DNA from: Octopus vulgaris | Lineage: Eukaryota | NCBI GenBank assembly: GCA_951406725.2 | Contig: OX597818.1 | Coordinates: 51,088,001 to 51,152,000, forward strand | Length of the DNA: 64,000 nt | Direction: 5' to 3' | In this document: in pieces, positions 1-12,112 of the stretch | How the letters are laid out: each line of letters starts with the position of its first letter | Numbering within the stretch: the first letter of the stretch is position 1 | Translations under genes and position numbers: made by a program | The notes under the pieces: generated by a model | The model's database searches: none | The model's input: only the letters and a program-made list of their open reading frames with translations | Told to the model about the DNA's origin: nothing

Positions 1-328
1 CAGTACATTGCCATTTCTTATTAGCTATCAAGGCACAAACTAAAGAAAGTTGCTTATTAACTAGTTTGGAGTATGTAACTTTTACTAAAAGAAAGCAATT
101 GTTAAAGTCTACACTAGATAGAAAATTCTTTAAAAACTTAATTCTTTAATATTTTTAAGATTAAATTTTGCAACATATTATGGTTTAATATATTTTTATC
201 AAAATGTAGTTTTGATCTTCTTTTATTACTGAAGATTTCATCTACTCAGTTAAATTTTATTTCACGGCGAGATGGCATTTTTTAACAGTGCGGTATAACG
301 TTCTTTCTTTGTTTCTTCTCCCTCCCTC

Positions 329-366
<38 letters not shown>

Positions 367-396
367 ACTCAGGAATGTAACATGAAATCTATTATA

Positions 397-892
397 CAGT
401 AATCCCTCGACTATCGTGGGTGTTACGTTCCAAAAATCTCCGCGATGGGTGAAAATCCGCGAAGTAGAAACATACTGTACTGTATATATTTTTTTTATTT
501 TTATAATTTATATATATCTATTTTATTATAAATATAAAACAACACCACACTCTCCTCCCGGGTTTCGTTTTTCATACAGTATGTACGATTCTTTGTTTAT
601 TTATCTACGGTACACTACATATTTTCTTTTAATATATTTTAATTAATGTGATATACAGTGCAGTACTGCACTGTATTTTCATTTATTAATTTATTAATTT
701 TTAGGCGTGAAAATGCTTATTTTACCATAGAAATAATTAAAATCTTAAAAAATATAAATACCTATCGATCGCAGAAACCTGCAATATACTGAGGAGTCCG
801 CGATATAAATTTATATATTATATATTAGCCAGAAAAATCCGCGATGTACTGAGGGTGCGATACGTAAACCGCGATATGGCGAGTAATTACTG
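397..892. mobile_element. Tigger/pogo-like non-autonomous DNA transposon (MITE)
   Basis: Imperfect TIRs CAGTAATCCCTCGACTATCG / CGATATGGCGAGTAATTACTG, TA on both sides, internal CCGCGA repeats. Confidence 0.7.
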
Positions 893-1209
893 TATTCGAG
901 GTCTCTACTCGCTGCTACTCTGCCAGTAAAACTATTTGTTAATTATGCGCGTACCTTCTTTCAATAGCAGACTGTTATAAAATGAAAGCCTTGTTTGTTA
1001 CTATGGTGACAACACTTAGCTATCTATCTGTCATACACTCTCACTCACTCTCTCATTCTCTCTCTCTCACTCTCACATTCTCCCTCTCTCACTCACACTC
1101 ATTCTCTGAATTTCTCTGAACAGCAACAAACTGTCATTATAGTGATAGTCTTTTTAAAGTATGTGACATGTTCCAACGTTTTTGATTATACAGAGACGAT
1201 ACAGGATTA

Positions 1210-1215
1210 ATGGTG

Positions 1216-1247
<32 letters not shown>

Positions 1248-1516
1248 TTTGGTGATGGTGGTGGTAGCATTAGTAGTAGTAGTAGTGGTGGTGGTGGTGG
1301 TGGTAGTAGTAGTGGTGGTGGTGGTGGTGATGGTAGTAGTAGTGGTGGTGATGGTGGTGGTGGTGGTAGTAGTAGTGGTAGTGGTGGTGGTGGTGGTGGT
1401 AGTAGTAGTGGTTGTGGTGGTGGTGGTAGTAGTAGTAGTAGTAGTTTTGGTGATGGTGGTGGTAGCAGTAGTAGTAGTAGTGGTAGTGGTAGTGGTGATG
1501 GTGGTGGTGGTGGTGA

Positions 1517-1562
<46 letters not shown>

Positions 1563-1605
1563 TTTGGTGGTGGTGGTAGTAGTAGTTTTGGTTGTGGTGG
1601 TGGTG

Positions 1606-1665
<60 letters not shown>

Positions 1666-1735
1666 ATAGAAGTAGTAGTAGTAATGGAGGGTGTTGCGCC
1701 GGCGGCAACAGCAAGAGTAGTAGTAATAGTAGTTA
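1210..1735. repeat. (GTA)n/(GTG)n compound trinucleotide repeat
   Basis: Directly visible; source of the poly-V/T/S/G ORFs. Confidence 0.95.
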
Positions 1736-2273
1736 GAATGCGCTCCATATCAAAGAACACTCATTTATTTATTCATTTATCTATTTATTCTGTTGACAGC
1801 AGGTCTCCCTCCGCTTCACCCTTCTTAAACTTCATCATCAACTGTCTTTTGTTTAAACAATCATTAAAGACCAGCTGCCGTACGACGATGATGACGACAT
1901 AATTACTGGGGAGTTCAGGTATATTAGCTGCTACAGCACCAATTATTACCACAGCCATTGTTCAAAGACTACGACGTTGAATTTCCTTCTATTTTTACCT
2001 TCTGTACTTTTACTTTAATTTTTTTCTTCTATTTTTATACTTTCCCTCATTTACTATGAATTATCCGTTGCTTTATCGTTCCATCACAAAATATTGCTAC
2101 GAGCCGAAAGCAGAACAGCGTAGCTTTATCGGAGAATAATAAACAACAATATTCCTTTTTTTTTTTTTCTTTTCCATTAAAATTTCCATTTAATTCAAGG
2201 TTCGGTACTTCGCTCCTTTTGAGTTTATATCGGATTTGCAGGTAAAATTACAGTCATGGCTGTCATCTTGGAA

Positions 2274-2446
2274 GGCGTAGGAGTGGCTGTGTGGTAAGTA
2301 GCTTGCTTACCAACCACATGGTTCCGAGTTCAGTCCCACTGCGTGGCACCTTGGACAAGTTTCTTCTACTATAGCCTCGGCCCGACCAAAGCCTTGCGAG
2401 TGGATTTGGTAGACAGAAACTGAAAGAAGCCCGTCGTATATATGTG

Positions 2447-2513
<67 letters not shown>

Positions 2514-2729
2514 CTATATGTTTGTGTGTCTGTGTTTGTCCCCCCAACATCGCTTGACAACCGATGCTGGTGTGTTTACGTCCCCGTAACAAAGCGGTTC
2601 GGCAAAAGAGACTGATAGAATAAGTACTAGGCTTACAAAGAATAAGTCCTAGGGTCGATTTGTTCAACTAAAGGCGGTACTCCTGCATGGCCACAGTCAA
2701 ATGACTGAAACGAGTAAAAGAGTAAAAGA
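2274..2729 (+). mobile_element. tRNA-derived SINE, family A (central TA/TG microsatellite, GTAAAAGA tail), full length
   Basis: A/B-box-like head (GTGGCTGTGTGGTAAG...GGTTCCGAGTTCAGTCCC); about a dozen copies in the window (e.g. 4300-4590, 14322-14660, 31893-32710, 51888-52287, 53560-53810). Confidence 0.85.
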
Positions 2730-2818
2730 GTATGTGTCACAGATACACACAATATAGAAAACTTTCCGCCTCTCTCCCTCTTTCTCTCTCATCCTCTCTC
2801 TTTCCCTCTCATTCTCTT

Positions 2819-2853
<35 letters not shown>

Positions 2854-3169
2854 GTATCAAGGAACATCCTTAACTCCAGAACAGAGGTCTTCGGACCGTG
2901 CTTGAATTTCAGGAAATTCCTACTGGCCTATTTGGAACCCACATGATGGCAGGGCGATGGATAGCCAAAGCGAGACAATACACTTTGTTGACATTGAATA
3001 GCGGGGTCCTTTCCTCCTCCGTATTCTTGAGGGGCCACTCGCTAGAGAGGCCTTAAGCCAATAGGTTTGGGCATCTGATGATACGCCATAAAGCTGAACC
3101 CTTTATGGACGTGAACCGTTTATTGTGTTTTATGAATGTATTTTCATGGATATAGTTGCATATCTAGAC

Positions 3170-3345
3170 ATGCTCATATATATTTAAATGATAAACTTCT
3201 GGAAAGTTTTATAGATGCTTACAGTTTCAGTGATAAATTGGATCTGTAGTTTTCGAGTCAGCTTGCTCCTTTCAGATTTTGAGAAACCTAATTTCTCAAG
3301 ATTGGTATTTAGGCAGTGTGTTACATATCCAAGGTTCTCAATAAT
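3170..3345 (-). mobile_element. 3' end of RLE-type (R4/Dong-like) non-LTR retrotransposon
   Basis: Minus strand reads LGYVTHCLNTNLEKLGFSKSERSKLTRKLQIQ...KTFQKFII*; a second copy lies at 11788-11895 within (CATA)n. Confidence 0.5.
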
Positions 3346-3480
3346 TACAGATCTGTCGAAAAGCGTAGGCTCGAAACGTAAAAGACTTTCTGACTTCCCG
3401 AGCGTAAAACTAATACATCCGTTTGTTGTTTACACACCCGTCTTCGTCTTTTTTGCTTTTTTTCTTTCTTTTGTAAATTC

Positions 3481-3552
<72 letters not shown>

Positions 3553-3755
3553 CTTATATACACTACACATTATTGAAACACACAAACGCTCGCGCGAACA
3601 CAGGCACTCATAAGTATTTAAAGAATGAGGTGTATATATAGTATCTTTTTTTCTATTTTTACAGAGTATATGAATGTATTTATATCTTTGCATTAATTGT
3701 GAAATGTATTTATTTAAATGAGATTTGTACAGTTTATATGTATTTGTAATTACAG

Positions 3756-3985
3756 AGCCTGGTCGACTAGAATTTAGCAAACCGAGCTACGTGGTGAAAG
3801 AAAGTCTGCCGAACGCACTCGTTACAGTTAACCGTATAAACGGCGCTGATGGCGAAATTATGGTTTCGTGGCAGACGAGTCCGATATCTGCGACAGATGG
3901 AACTGATTTTGTTGGTGGAAGCGGTATTTTGACTTTCGCCCACGGCGAAACAAGCAAAAATATCGATATCCCAATATTAGGCAAG
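3756..3985 (+). CDS. NCX: Na+/Ca2+ exchanger (SLC8/NCX) exon, Calx-beta (CBD2-like) domain N-part
   Basis: tacag acceptor, AAG|gtaaat donor; EPGRLEFSKPSYVVKES...VNRINGADG...FAHGETSKNIDIPI matches Calx-beta pattern. Confidence 0.92.
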
Positions 3986-5080
3986 GTAAATTTGATTTTA
4001 AAATATTTTGTCTGTTTGTTTGTGTGTGCGTTCGTATGTGTGTGCGTTCGTGTGTTTGCATTCGTATGTGTGTGCGTTCGTGTGTGTGTTCATCTTTTTG
4101 TGGCTGTTTAGCCCCAGGTCAACCTTGCTCCAGTAGACGAACTTATCAAAAACACCCAGTAGCTATGCTATGATTATCACTTATATTTGTTTCCAAATAT
4201 TGTGCATCTAGAATTTCTTTAATCTTTTATCTTTCACTTGCTTCGGTCATTGGATTGTGTCCTACACTGGGTCACCGTCTTGAAAGGTTTTAGTCGATCA
4301 AAGCCTTGTGAAGAGATTTGGTCGACGGAAACTGAAAGAAACCTGTCGTATAAATGCATACATGTGTGTATGTAGAGGGAGTGTTTGTTCCCCCATCACC
4401 GCTTGACAACCGGTGTTGGTGTCTTTACATCCCCGTGTTGCGGTTCGGCAAAAAGGACTGTTAGAATAAGTAGCAATAAGTAGCATGCATCAAAAATAAA
4501 ACCGGGGTCAATTCTTTCAACTAAAAAATTTTCAAGGTGGTGCCCCAGCATGGCCTCGGCCTACTGACTGAAACGAGTAAAAGGCAAAATATAAAAGAGA
4601 TAACCGATAAAACTAAGTGCCAAATAAATTCTGATGCTGGTTTATATTCCTATGACGTGTCTTAGTTATGAGCGGCATTATTATATAGGAAACGTCTATA
4701 ATTAGTAATAAAAATATGGCGCATATTAAATTTTGAAAATACCTTTCTAATACAGGCTCAAGCTTTGACATTCATAGGGATGGGGATAAGGCTAAATTGA
4801 GTACATCGGCACAATATATGACTGGTACTTTATTTTATCAGCCTCGGTGGGATAAAAGGCAATGTAGATGTCAGCAGGACTTGAGCTCAGAACATAAAGA
4901 GACGCATTAAATACCGTAAAGGATTTTGTCCGACATTCTAACGATTACATCTGTCCGACGCCCTCAAGAATTATTTCTGACATAAGCGTAAGGCCTGAAA
5001 TTTATAGGGTAGGGTTACTCGGTCAAATTCACCCCTGTATTTGGCCGCTATTTAATTTTATCGACCCTGGAATGATAAAA

Positions 5081-5497
5081 GGATCTTTTCAGTTTGAACG
5101 GCAGTTTTTAACATAATTTCTAGGTAACTAAAAAATTTTAAACTTTGTATACTGGTAGAATGCGTTTATTAAACATCTTTTTCTCTTGGCTTTATTGAGA
5201 AAATTCTATAGTTTGTAAGATATTTGTTGTTTTTTTCTTCAATTTCTGCAATTTCAACCAATCAATGACGTCTATTGAGGTGAAAACATTTTGTGCCGTA
5301 TGAATATGTCCCTCGTTTAAGAAACAGATTGGGTTAATTTACATTTCTGAAGAAAAAAGATACCCTTTCCCCCACCCCTAACCCTAACTAACCCTAACCC
5401 TATTGAAATGCAATAGATCGATACTAGGGTCATAATTATGGGCGACAATTTCATATGACATCGCTAGAAAAAACTGCCGTTCAAAGCGAAAAGATCC
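5081..5497. mobile_element. TIR-bounded MITE containing (CCCTAA)-like repeats, inserted in a SINE
   Basis: ~28-bp TIRs GGATCTTTTC(A)GTTTGAACGGCAGTTTTT / AAAAACTGCCGTTCAAAGCGAAAAGATCC; second copy at 30113-30512. Confidence 0.8.
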
Positions 5498-6934
5498 GGA
5501 TCAAAGACTAAGCTGACCATGTAATTATTTGAACCTTGCCTTTCATCTTTCTGGAGTCAATGAAATAATGTACCGATCAAATATAGAGTTTGATTTGCAT
5601 AAGTATAATGCATCGTACTTGTGAATGGAATTATAATATAGAAGAAAATTTCTATTATTAAAGAGGAAAAGATTATACATCTTAAATAACTACACACTAA
5701 GTACTTTCAGTTGGAAACTTGGTAACTGTTGTAGACTAGTGTGGCCATCTTAATATGCTGACTATAATCGATATACTCAATCTCGGATTTGTATCTAAGA
5801 TTCTTTCCGATTGATACAATTGGAAGTTTATTTCAAAATAAAATAGTATTTATTCAGGCTTTGCAATATTGATTATCACACGTGTTTAGCCATTTCCTCA
5901 ATAATTCTAATTTCAAAGTATCTATAAAATATATTACTGCGTTGCTTGACGCAAGTCTCCAATATCGTAAATATATTTGCATAGCTTCGTTCTAAAATGC
6001 TCTTAAAGAAATCAAGACTGGAAATAACCAGTGGCTTGGTTTTACTCTGAGCAGAATTTCAATGAAAGACTTTTTTTTTCATGGACGTTCAAAAGTAAAA
6101 GTAGCAAAAGTAAAAGGGAACGCGAATACATAGGAATTAAATATTTTAATATTGATTCACAGCTTTTCAGAATAGTATTAACGAAAAAGATGTAGTTCTG
6201 TGCAGAATATATAAAACGCTGATATAAGAAATCTCGCCGGACAGTTTCATATGAATTAGTGAAGCAACGCCCTGGCAATGAGCTGGCAGAACCATTAGAG
6301 TGTCGGAAAATATTCCTTGTGGTATTTATTTCGGCTCTTTACATTTTAAGTTCAAATCCCACCGGAGATCAACACTGCTTTTCATTCTTTCGGGATCGGT
6401 GAAGTAAAGCGCCGAGGATAATGGAATTGACAAGCTCCCTTCTCTTCAAGATTATTGGCCCTGTGCCTAAATTAGAAACACTTATTAAAGCAGCACCCAT
6501 CTATAAATTATACTGATAAAACTATTCTCTAAACTCAGTGGAGAATCAATGATTGATAATAATGAAAATAAGTTTAAACAGATGTTTTAGATTCTCTACG
6601 AGGAGATGATTCTAACAAAGAGACGTACGAGTGTGTTTCATATCATATAACAATGCAAAATATGAATTAATAATGCGCTACCACAAAATCTGAATATACA
6701 TACATACATACATACATATATACACAAACATATACTGTCACCACCCCACATATATATGTGTATGTATATATATATATATATACAAAGTATGTTACTATAC
6801 ACAAATAACATTTTTCTAACATAACGACTTAAATATATTCTTTAACCTTATAAAACAAGCCTTCTGTAGTCTTTTCACTCTTTTCTATCTTTTATATATC
6901 TAGCCACGTGCTTTCACACACCAACTTTCTCACC

Positions 6935-6978
6935 TATATATATATATATGTATATATATATATGTATATATATGTATG

Positions 6979-7042
<64 letters not shown>

Positions 7043-7159
7043 CATATATACATACATATACATACATATATATACATATATATATACATACATATATATA
7101 CATATATATACATACATATATATACATATATATATATACATACATATATATACATATAT

Positions 7160-7210
<51 letters not shown>
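6935..7210. repeat. (TA)/(TACA) compound microsatellite
   Basis: Directly visible. Confidence 0.95.
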
Positions 7211-7212
<2 letters not shown>

Positions 7213-7674
7213 ACTTATATAAACTTAAGTTGTTTATAATTTTAACCATAAAGGTATTTTAATATGCTGTCACATTTTTTGATGACATTTTTTTTCTGTA
7301 AAAAAACTTCATCCTATATTAGTATATATATATATATATATATAACCTACGTTATGTCCGCACAGACTGGTACGATCATAAAACAGGTATTGACAGTTGG
7401 CATCATTAGGCTGTAGCCGTCATAATAAAATAGTTATATGCATACTCGAAAAAGTTTCTCGAAGTGTACAGTATTATACATACATACATATATATATATA
7501 TATACATACATACATACATACATACATACATACACATATATATATATATATATATGCATACAGATAGTGTGAGAGGGGGAGAGAGATTGCAATTTATCAA
7601 TTGAACAGGACTGACACATTCACTTTCTCCCTCCTCATACGCATAAAAAGGATAAGCTCACACATAAGGAAAAC

Positions 7675-7717
<43 letters not shown>

Positions 7718-7933
7718 GGAGAGAAGGAGGGAGGGAACGAGTGAGAGCGAGAACGAGAGAAACATTATAACAAGAATATTAAAATGTCTGATGCCCAAAA
7801 TGTCAGTGTCGGATCAGAGAAATTAATAAGCTGCACCAAAATGTCTTATACCCCGTATACAATGAGGGAAGAAAGATTTCGCTTCTATTTCTAGCAGATC
7901 GAACCACTACATAAAACCTTCGTCGTTAACTAA

Positions 7934-8732
7934 TTCATTCATTCATTGTTCGACTGTGGTCGAGACAATGGAATTTACTATGTTACGCCAGACTTCACGG
8001 TCCGTCATAGCATCACGGAGGTCCAGTTGCTGGATGCCTGTATCCCTGGAGATTACATCAGGGTAGGAGAGTATGCGCCCTCTGGTATCGCGAGCAGATG
8101 GCTTCCAGGGGAGAAGAGTAGAAATTACCTCGTTTTCAGCTCTACAACAATGTCCAGCAAACTGGACTCTTCTACCTTTCACAAGAGATGATACAGGTGG
8201 TAATTTCCCATATATTTCTACTTTGGTTGAATGACGCTTCCACTCATAAGGAGGCGAGTGTAAGTTTCATCCAACCGCCTCTCAAGCTTCTTTGATAACG
8301 TCCAGGTTTCTGAGCCAAATAGTAGAATTGGTTCGACTGTGGCTTTGAAGATTTTAAGTTTGAATACTGCAGGGAGACACACTCGCCCCATTTCTCTTCA
8401 TCATTGTCGTTGACTATGTGCTGCGTATGTCAGTTGATACCATTTCTGGTAAGGGCTTTGAAATAAAACCTAGAAGTTCGAGACACCCAGCTGAATACTT
8501 AACAGACACTGACTTTGCAGACGACATCGCTCTTATCAGTGATTCTCTCTCCACTGCCCAGTCTATTTTACAATCTCTTGAACCAGCCTCAAATTGTGTA
8601 GGTTTTTACCTCAATGAGTCCAAAACTGAATATATAAACAAGTGCCTGTCCAACAGTGATTTCATCATCCATACTCTCAACAATACGCTCTTAAATATGG
8701 TTTCTGATTACAAATATGTTGGGTCATACATA
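7934..8732 (-). mobile_element. 5'-truncated RTE-clade LINE with inverted 5' segment
   Basis: Minus part: KLKIFKATVEPILLFGSETW...FAGHCCR...DREVWRNIV plus (TGAA)n tail. Plus part: QGDTLAPFLFIIVVDYVLR...DFADDIAL (RT core). TCGTTAACTAA at 7923-7933 and 8733-8743. Confidence 0.88.
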
Positions 8733-9599
8733 TCGTTAACTAAATTAGTATTGGATTTGTCGTCACATAACAATAAATAAAGTATTGGAAAAACTGGCTA
8801 TTGATGAAATAACATTAGTAAGATTACAGATGGGAAGATTCAATTAATTCATTACTGCTGTGACCAACAACTGCATTATTTTAATGTGTTGCTTCATATC
8901 ATTAATATTGATTTGCGCTCGTTGATGTAATCAATCTTAATCAGACAATTGGCTCAGCCGACGGTAACTGTGTTTATAAAATGTAAAATATAGAAAACGT
9001 TAAAAAACAGCAAAAGTTTACTGATAGTCTACATCGACAACTATTAATGTATTTGAAGATTCAACGAAGTGTAGAGACTAACATTTCAGATCCTTCGACT
9101 CCATTTATAGAAATGTTTTTCCTGTCAATTTAACAAATGTCGCTTACAACATAACTGACAACACTTTTATATGTGTTTATATATACATACATATGTTTAA
9201 AAAAATCAAGATTTTACAAAGTATTCTTAAAAGTCATTACATTTGAAGAAATATCGTACATTAGAAATTATCAATTATAGAGTAAAAAAAATCTTAAAAA
9301 ACGGAATGATACGAACTCTTTGGGAGGAAGTATTTGTTTTGTGTGTAACCGCTTTCACTGTTTACAGCTTTTCAAACACACATGTTTTGAAGTGATCCTT
9401 GAGGTGGAAGTTTTAGTAACAGTGTTGGTTATTTTCGGTTAATTTTGGATTTAGAACTAGCAAAAAGTATTCTTCTTTTGCCTTCTTAGTAGATCACAAA
9501 TGTCTTGATAGGTCATTTCTTAGAGATGAATCTTTGATTTGTTGCTTATGTACCCTAACTCGATCTATTTATTTTGATCCGATTTTGTCAATGTAAACA

Positions 9600-10560
9600 G
9601 AGAGAAGAAGGGGACTAGTGCACTATGGACACTATGCCCATAGTGATCCAGTAAATGTGATTTTTTTGTTTTGTTTTGAAATTCATATTTGCATTAACTT
9701 TCAATTCTTTCCCGTTCTTGATTTTTTTTTTTGTTCTCTGATCTATTATTCCACACTTTCCATAACGGAGATGTCTGCAGTTTCTTACCTCCATGAATTT
9801 TGCCTTTATTAAGAGTTTTTGAGATTTTGGTGGTTGTTATCGGCTATTTATAATTTGTGATTGTCTAATTATTTTCTTAAAATTTAGTGACTGTTATATA
9901 ATTGGCAAATATTACTTGGTCGAATGTAAGACGTTATGGTTTCTAGGATTATAGGTGACTGCAAATGGAGTATTTCTATTTGTGATTTTTGCTTTCGGTC
10001 TCATTGTAAAGGCTTCTCCGTAATACGGAGGTTCTGATCTCATCTCTTTTATTTTAATTAAAGCAAGATTTACTAAGTTTCAGGATATTTGTGTTCTGAA
10101 GAAATATTTTCCAATCGTCCCTGTGGCCTATTTTGTGTCCGTAACTACTGAACATACACGTCTTGCTGTATTAAATGGAATGTTCTTTTTTTATATGGGA
10201 TGGGTCGAAAGATCTAAAATTTTAGATTAGTATGTGTCCGTCTCCTTTCAGTAGAGATCCGTTGTAATCGTCTCATTTTCCTTAATTACCAGAAAGTTCA
10301 AAAATAAAAGGTCCTTTCATTCATTTCCATAGTAAAGTGGATCGATTGCTGAATACTATTTATTAATTTAAGGAATCGTGTAACGTCTTCTGTATTTCTG
10401 TTCCAGAATATGAAGCAGAATTATATCATCAACATCGGTGTTGATGATATAATTCTAAGTGGATTATGAAACAGCTGTAACCACTTCTGAAGAATTATTA
10501 AAATTCTTCTTGCTTTTACTACTTCTAGTTTTATTTGGTCACGCATGATTGTGTGTGTGT
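9600..10560 (-). mobile_element. Degenerate Penelope-like element, RT region
   Basis: Minus strand: CFIFWNRNTEDVTRFLKLINSIQQSIHFTME...TDLY*KETDT...PSHIKKNIPFNTARRVC, typical PLE RT/thumb motifs with stops and frameshifts. Confidence 0.75.
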
Positions 10561-10605
10561 GTGAGTGAGTGTGTGTGTGTGTGTTTTTATGTGTGTTTGT
10601 TGTAC

Positions 10606-10643
<38 letters not shown>

Positions 10644-10848
10644 ACCAGCGATAATAATTAATTTTATTTTATCGCATTCTGACTTTGTTTACATATTTCT
10701 CGATAAATTTTGAGCGTTAGACTATATACCAGAAATCCCTAGTTTGTCGGGTACGTTCTGCGTCTGCGCAGTGATCTGATTGGTTAGAAAGAGCAAATCA
10801 GTAGACGCACATGTTGTCTATCGAGGTGCGATCTCAAAATAACAGGAA

Positions 10849-10921
10849 TCTTACTGAAGAGCCTACCTGAGTAAATAAATATTATTTTTATTGCTGAAAT
10901 AGGCGAAACTGCAGTCTAAGA
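10849..10921 (+). ncRNA. Minimal type I hammerhead ribozyme (intact core)
   Basis: Stem I TCTTA/TAAGA; CTGAAGA 10854-10860; stem II GCCTA/TAGGC; GAAAC-TGCA-GTC with palindromic stem III; predicted cleavage after C10916. Confidence 0.8.
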
Positions 10922-11088
10922 AGAACCGAGTTAGTAAAAGTTTTTATTTTCATTTCACTAAATTTATCAAGCTTCTGTGTATCTAGTACATACTTCGCCT
11001 TTAATGTACTTATATATGAATAATATATGGCCTGTGCTAGAAACACCAGCGATAATAATTAATTTTATTTTATCGCATTCTGACTTTG

Positions 11089-11150
<62 letters not shown>

Positions 11151-11259
11151 CTTTCAATGGTGCTTGTATGCTTAAGCGCAGGGATTATTTTGTTAGTTGT
11201 TGCTTATGGATCTTAACTTCTACTTTCATATTTCGACTATATAATGGTACGTTCGGCAG

Positions 11260-11365
11260 AGCGGGAAGAGTGATTTGAACTTCCAATTGGAGTTAAGTGA
11301 CCCAACATGTGGTGCGGAACTCGGAAGAGCAAATCGCACAATTGTTACGATAGTAAGTGATGAAG
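11260..11365 (+). CDS. NCX: NCX exon, Calx-beta C-terminal strands
   Basis: cag|...G|gtaagt; SGKSDLNFQLELSDPTCGAELGRANRTIVTIVSDE; phase 0 in and phase 1 out fit the flanking exons; not in ORF track. Confidence 0.85.
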
Positions 11366-11397
11366 GTAAGTAGAGACTTCTGACAGAGTTATTTGTT

Positions 11398-11451
11398 ATA
11401 TGCATACATACGTACATACATACATACATGCATACATATATGCACATACAT

Positions 11452-11486
<35 letters not shown>

Positions 11487-11614
11487 TACATACATGCATA
11501 CATACATACATACATACATACATACATACATACATACATACATACATACATACATACATACATACATACATACATACATGCATACATATACACATACATA
11601 CATACATACATACA

Positions 11615-11648
<34 letters not shown>

Positions 11649-12010
11649 CACACACATACACACATACATACATACATACATACATACATACATACATACA
11701 TACATACATACATACATACATACATACATACATACATACATACATACATACATACATACATACATACATACATACATACATACATACGTGTACTACCTGA
11801 ATACCAATCTTGAGAAATTAGGCTTCTCAAAACCAGAAAGGAGAAAGCTAATTCGAAAACTACAGATCCAATCCATCACTGGAACTGTAAAAAATACATA
11901 CATACATACATACATACATTCATACATACATAAATACGTACATAAATACATACATACATACATACATACATACATACATACATACATACATACATACATA
12001 CATACATACA
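11398..12010. repeat. (CATA)n array with embedded R4/Dong-like 3' fragment
   Basis: Directly visible; 11788-11895 matches 3225-3320 in reverse complement. Confidence 0.9.
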
Positions 12011-12112
12011 AGCAAAAATACCTTGTTGTTGCTGTTGAAATTTCAATGAGAGAACCTTGGATCTAGGTTAGAAACTGGTTCTTTTTCTATTGGCAAGAAA
12101 TCTTGAAATAAA

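Noticed and set aside
1137-1902. Poly-Thr/Val/Ser-Gly ORFs (mucin-like)
   Set aside because: Open in nearly all frames because they are trinucleotide repeats; no splice or domain support
3069-3125. Hammerhead-like CTGATGA plus hairpin CCATAAAG/CTTTATGG
   Set aside because: GAAC instead of GAAA and no convincing stems I or III; at best a decayed relic
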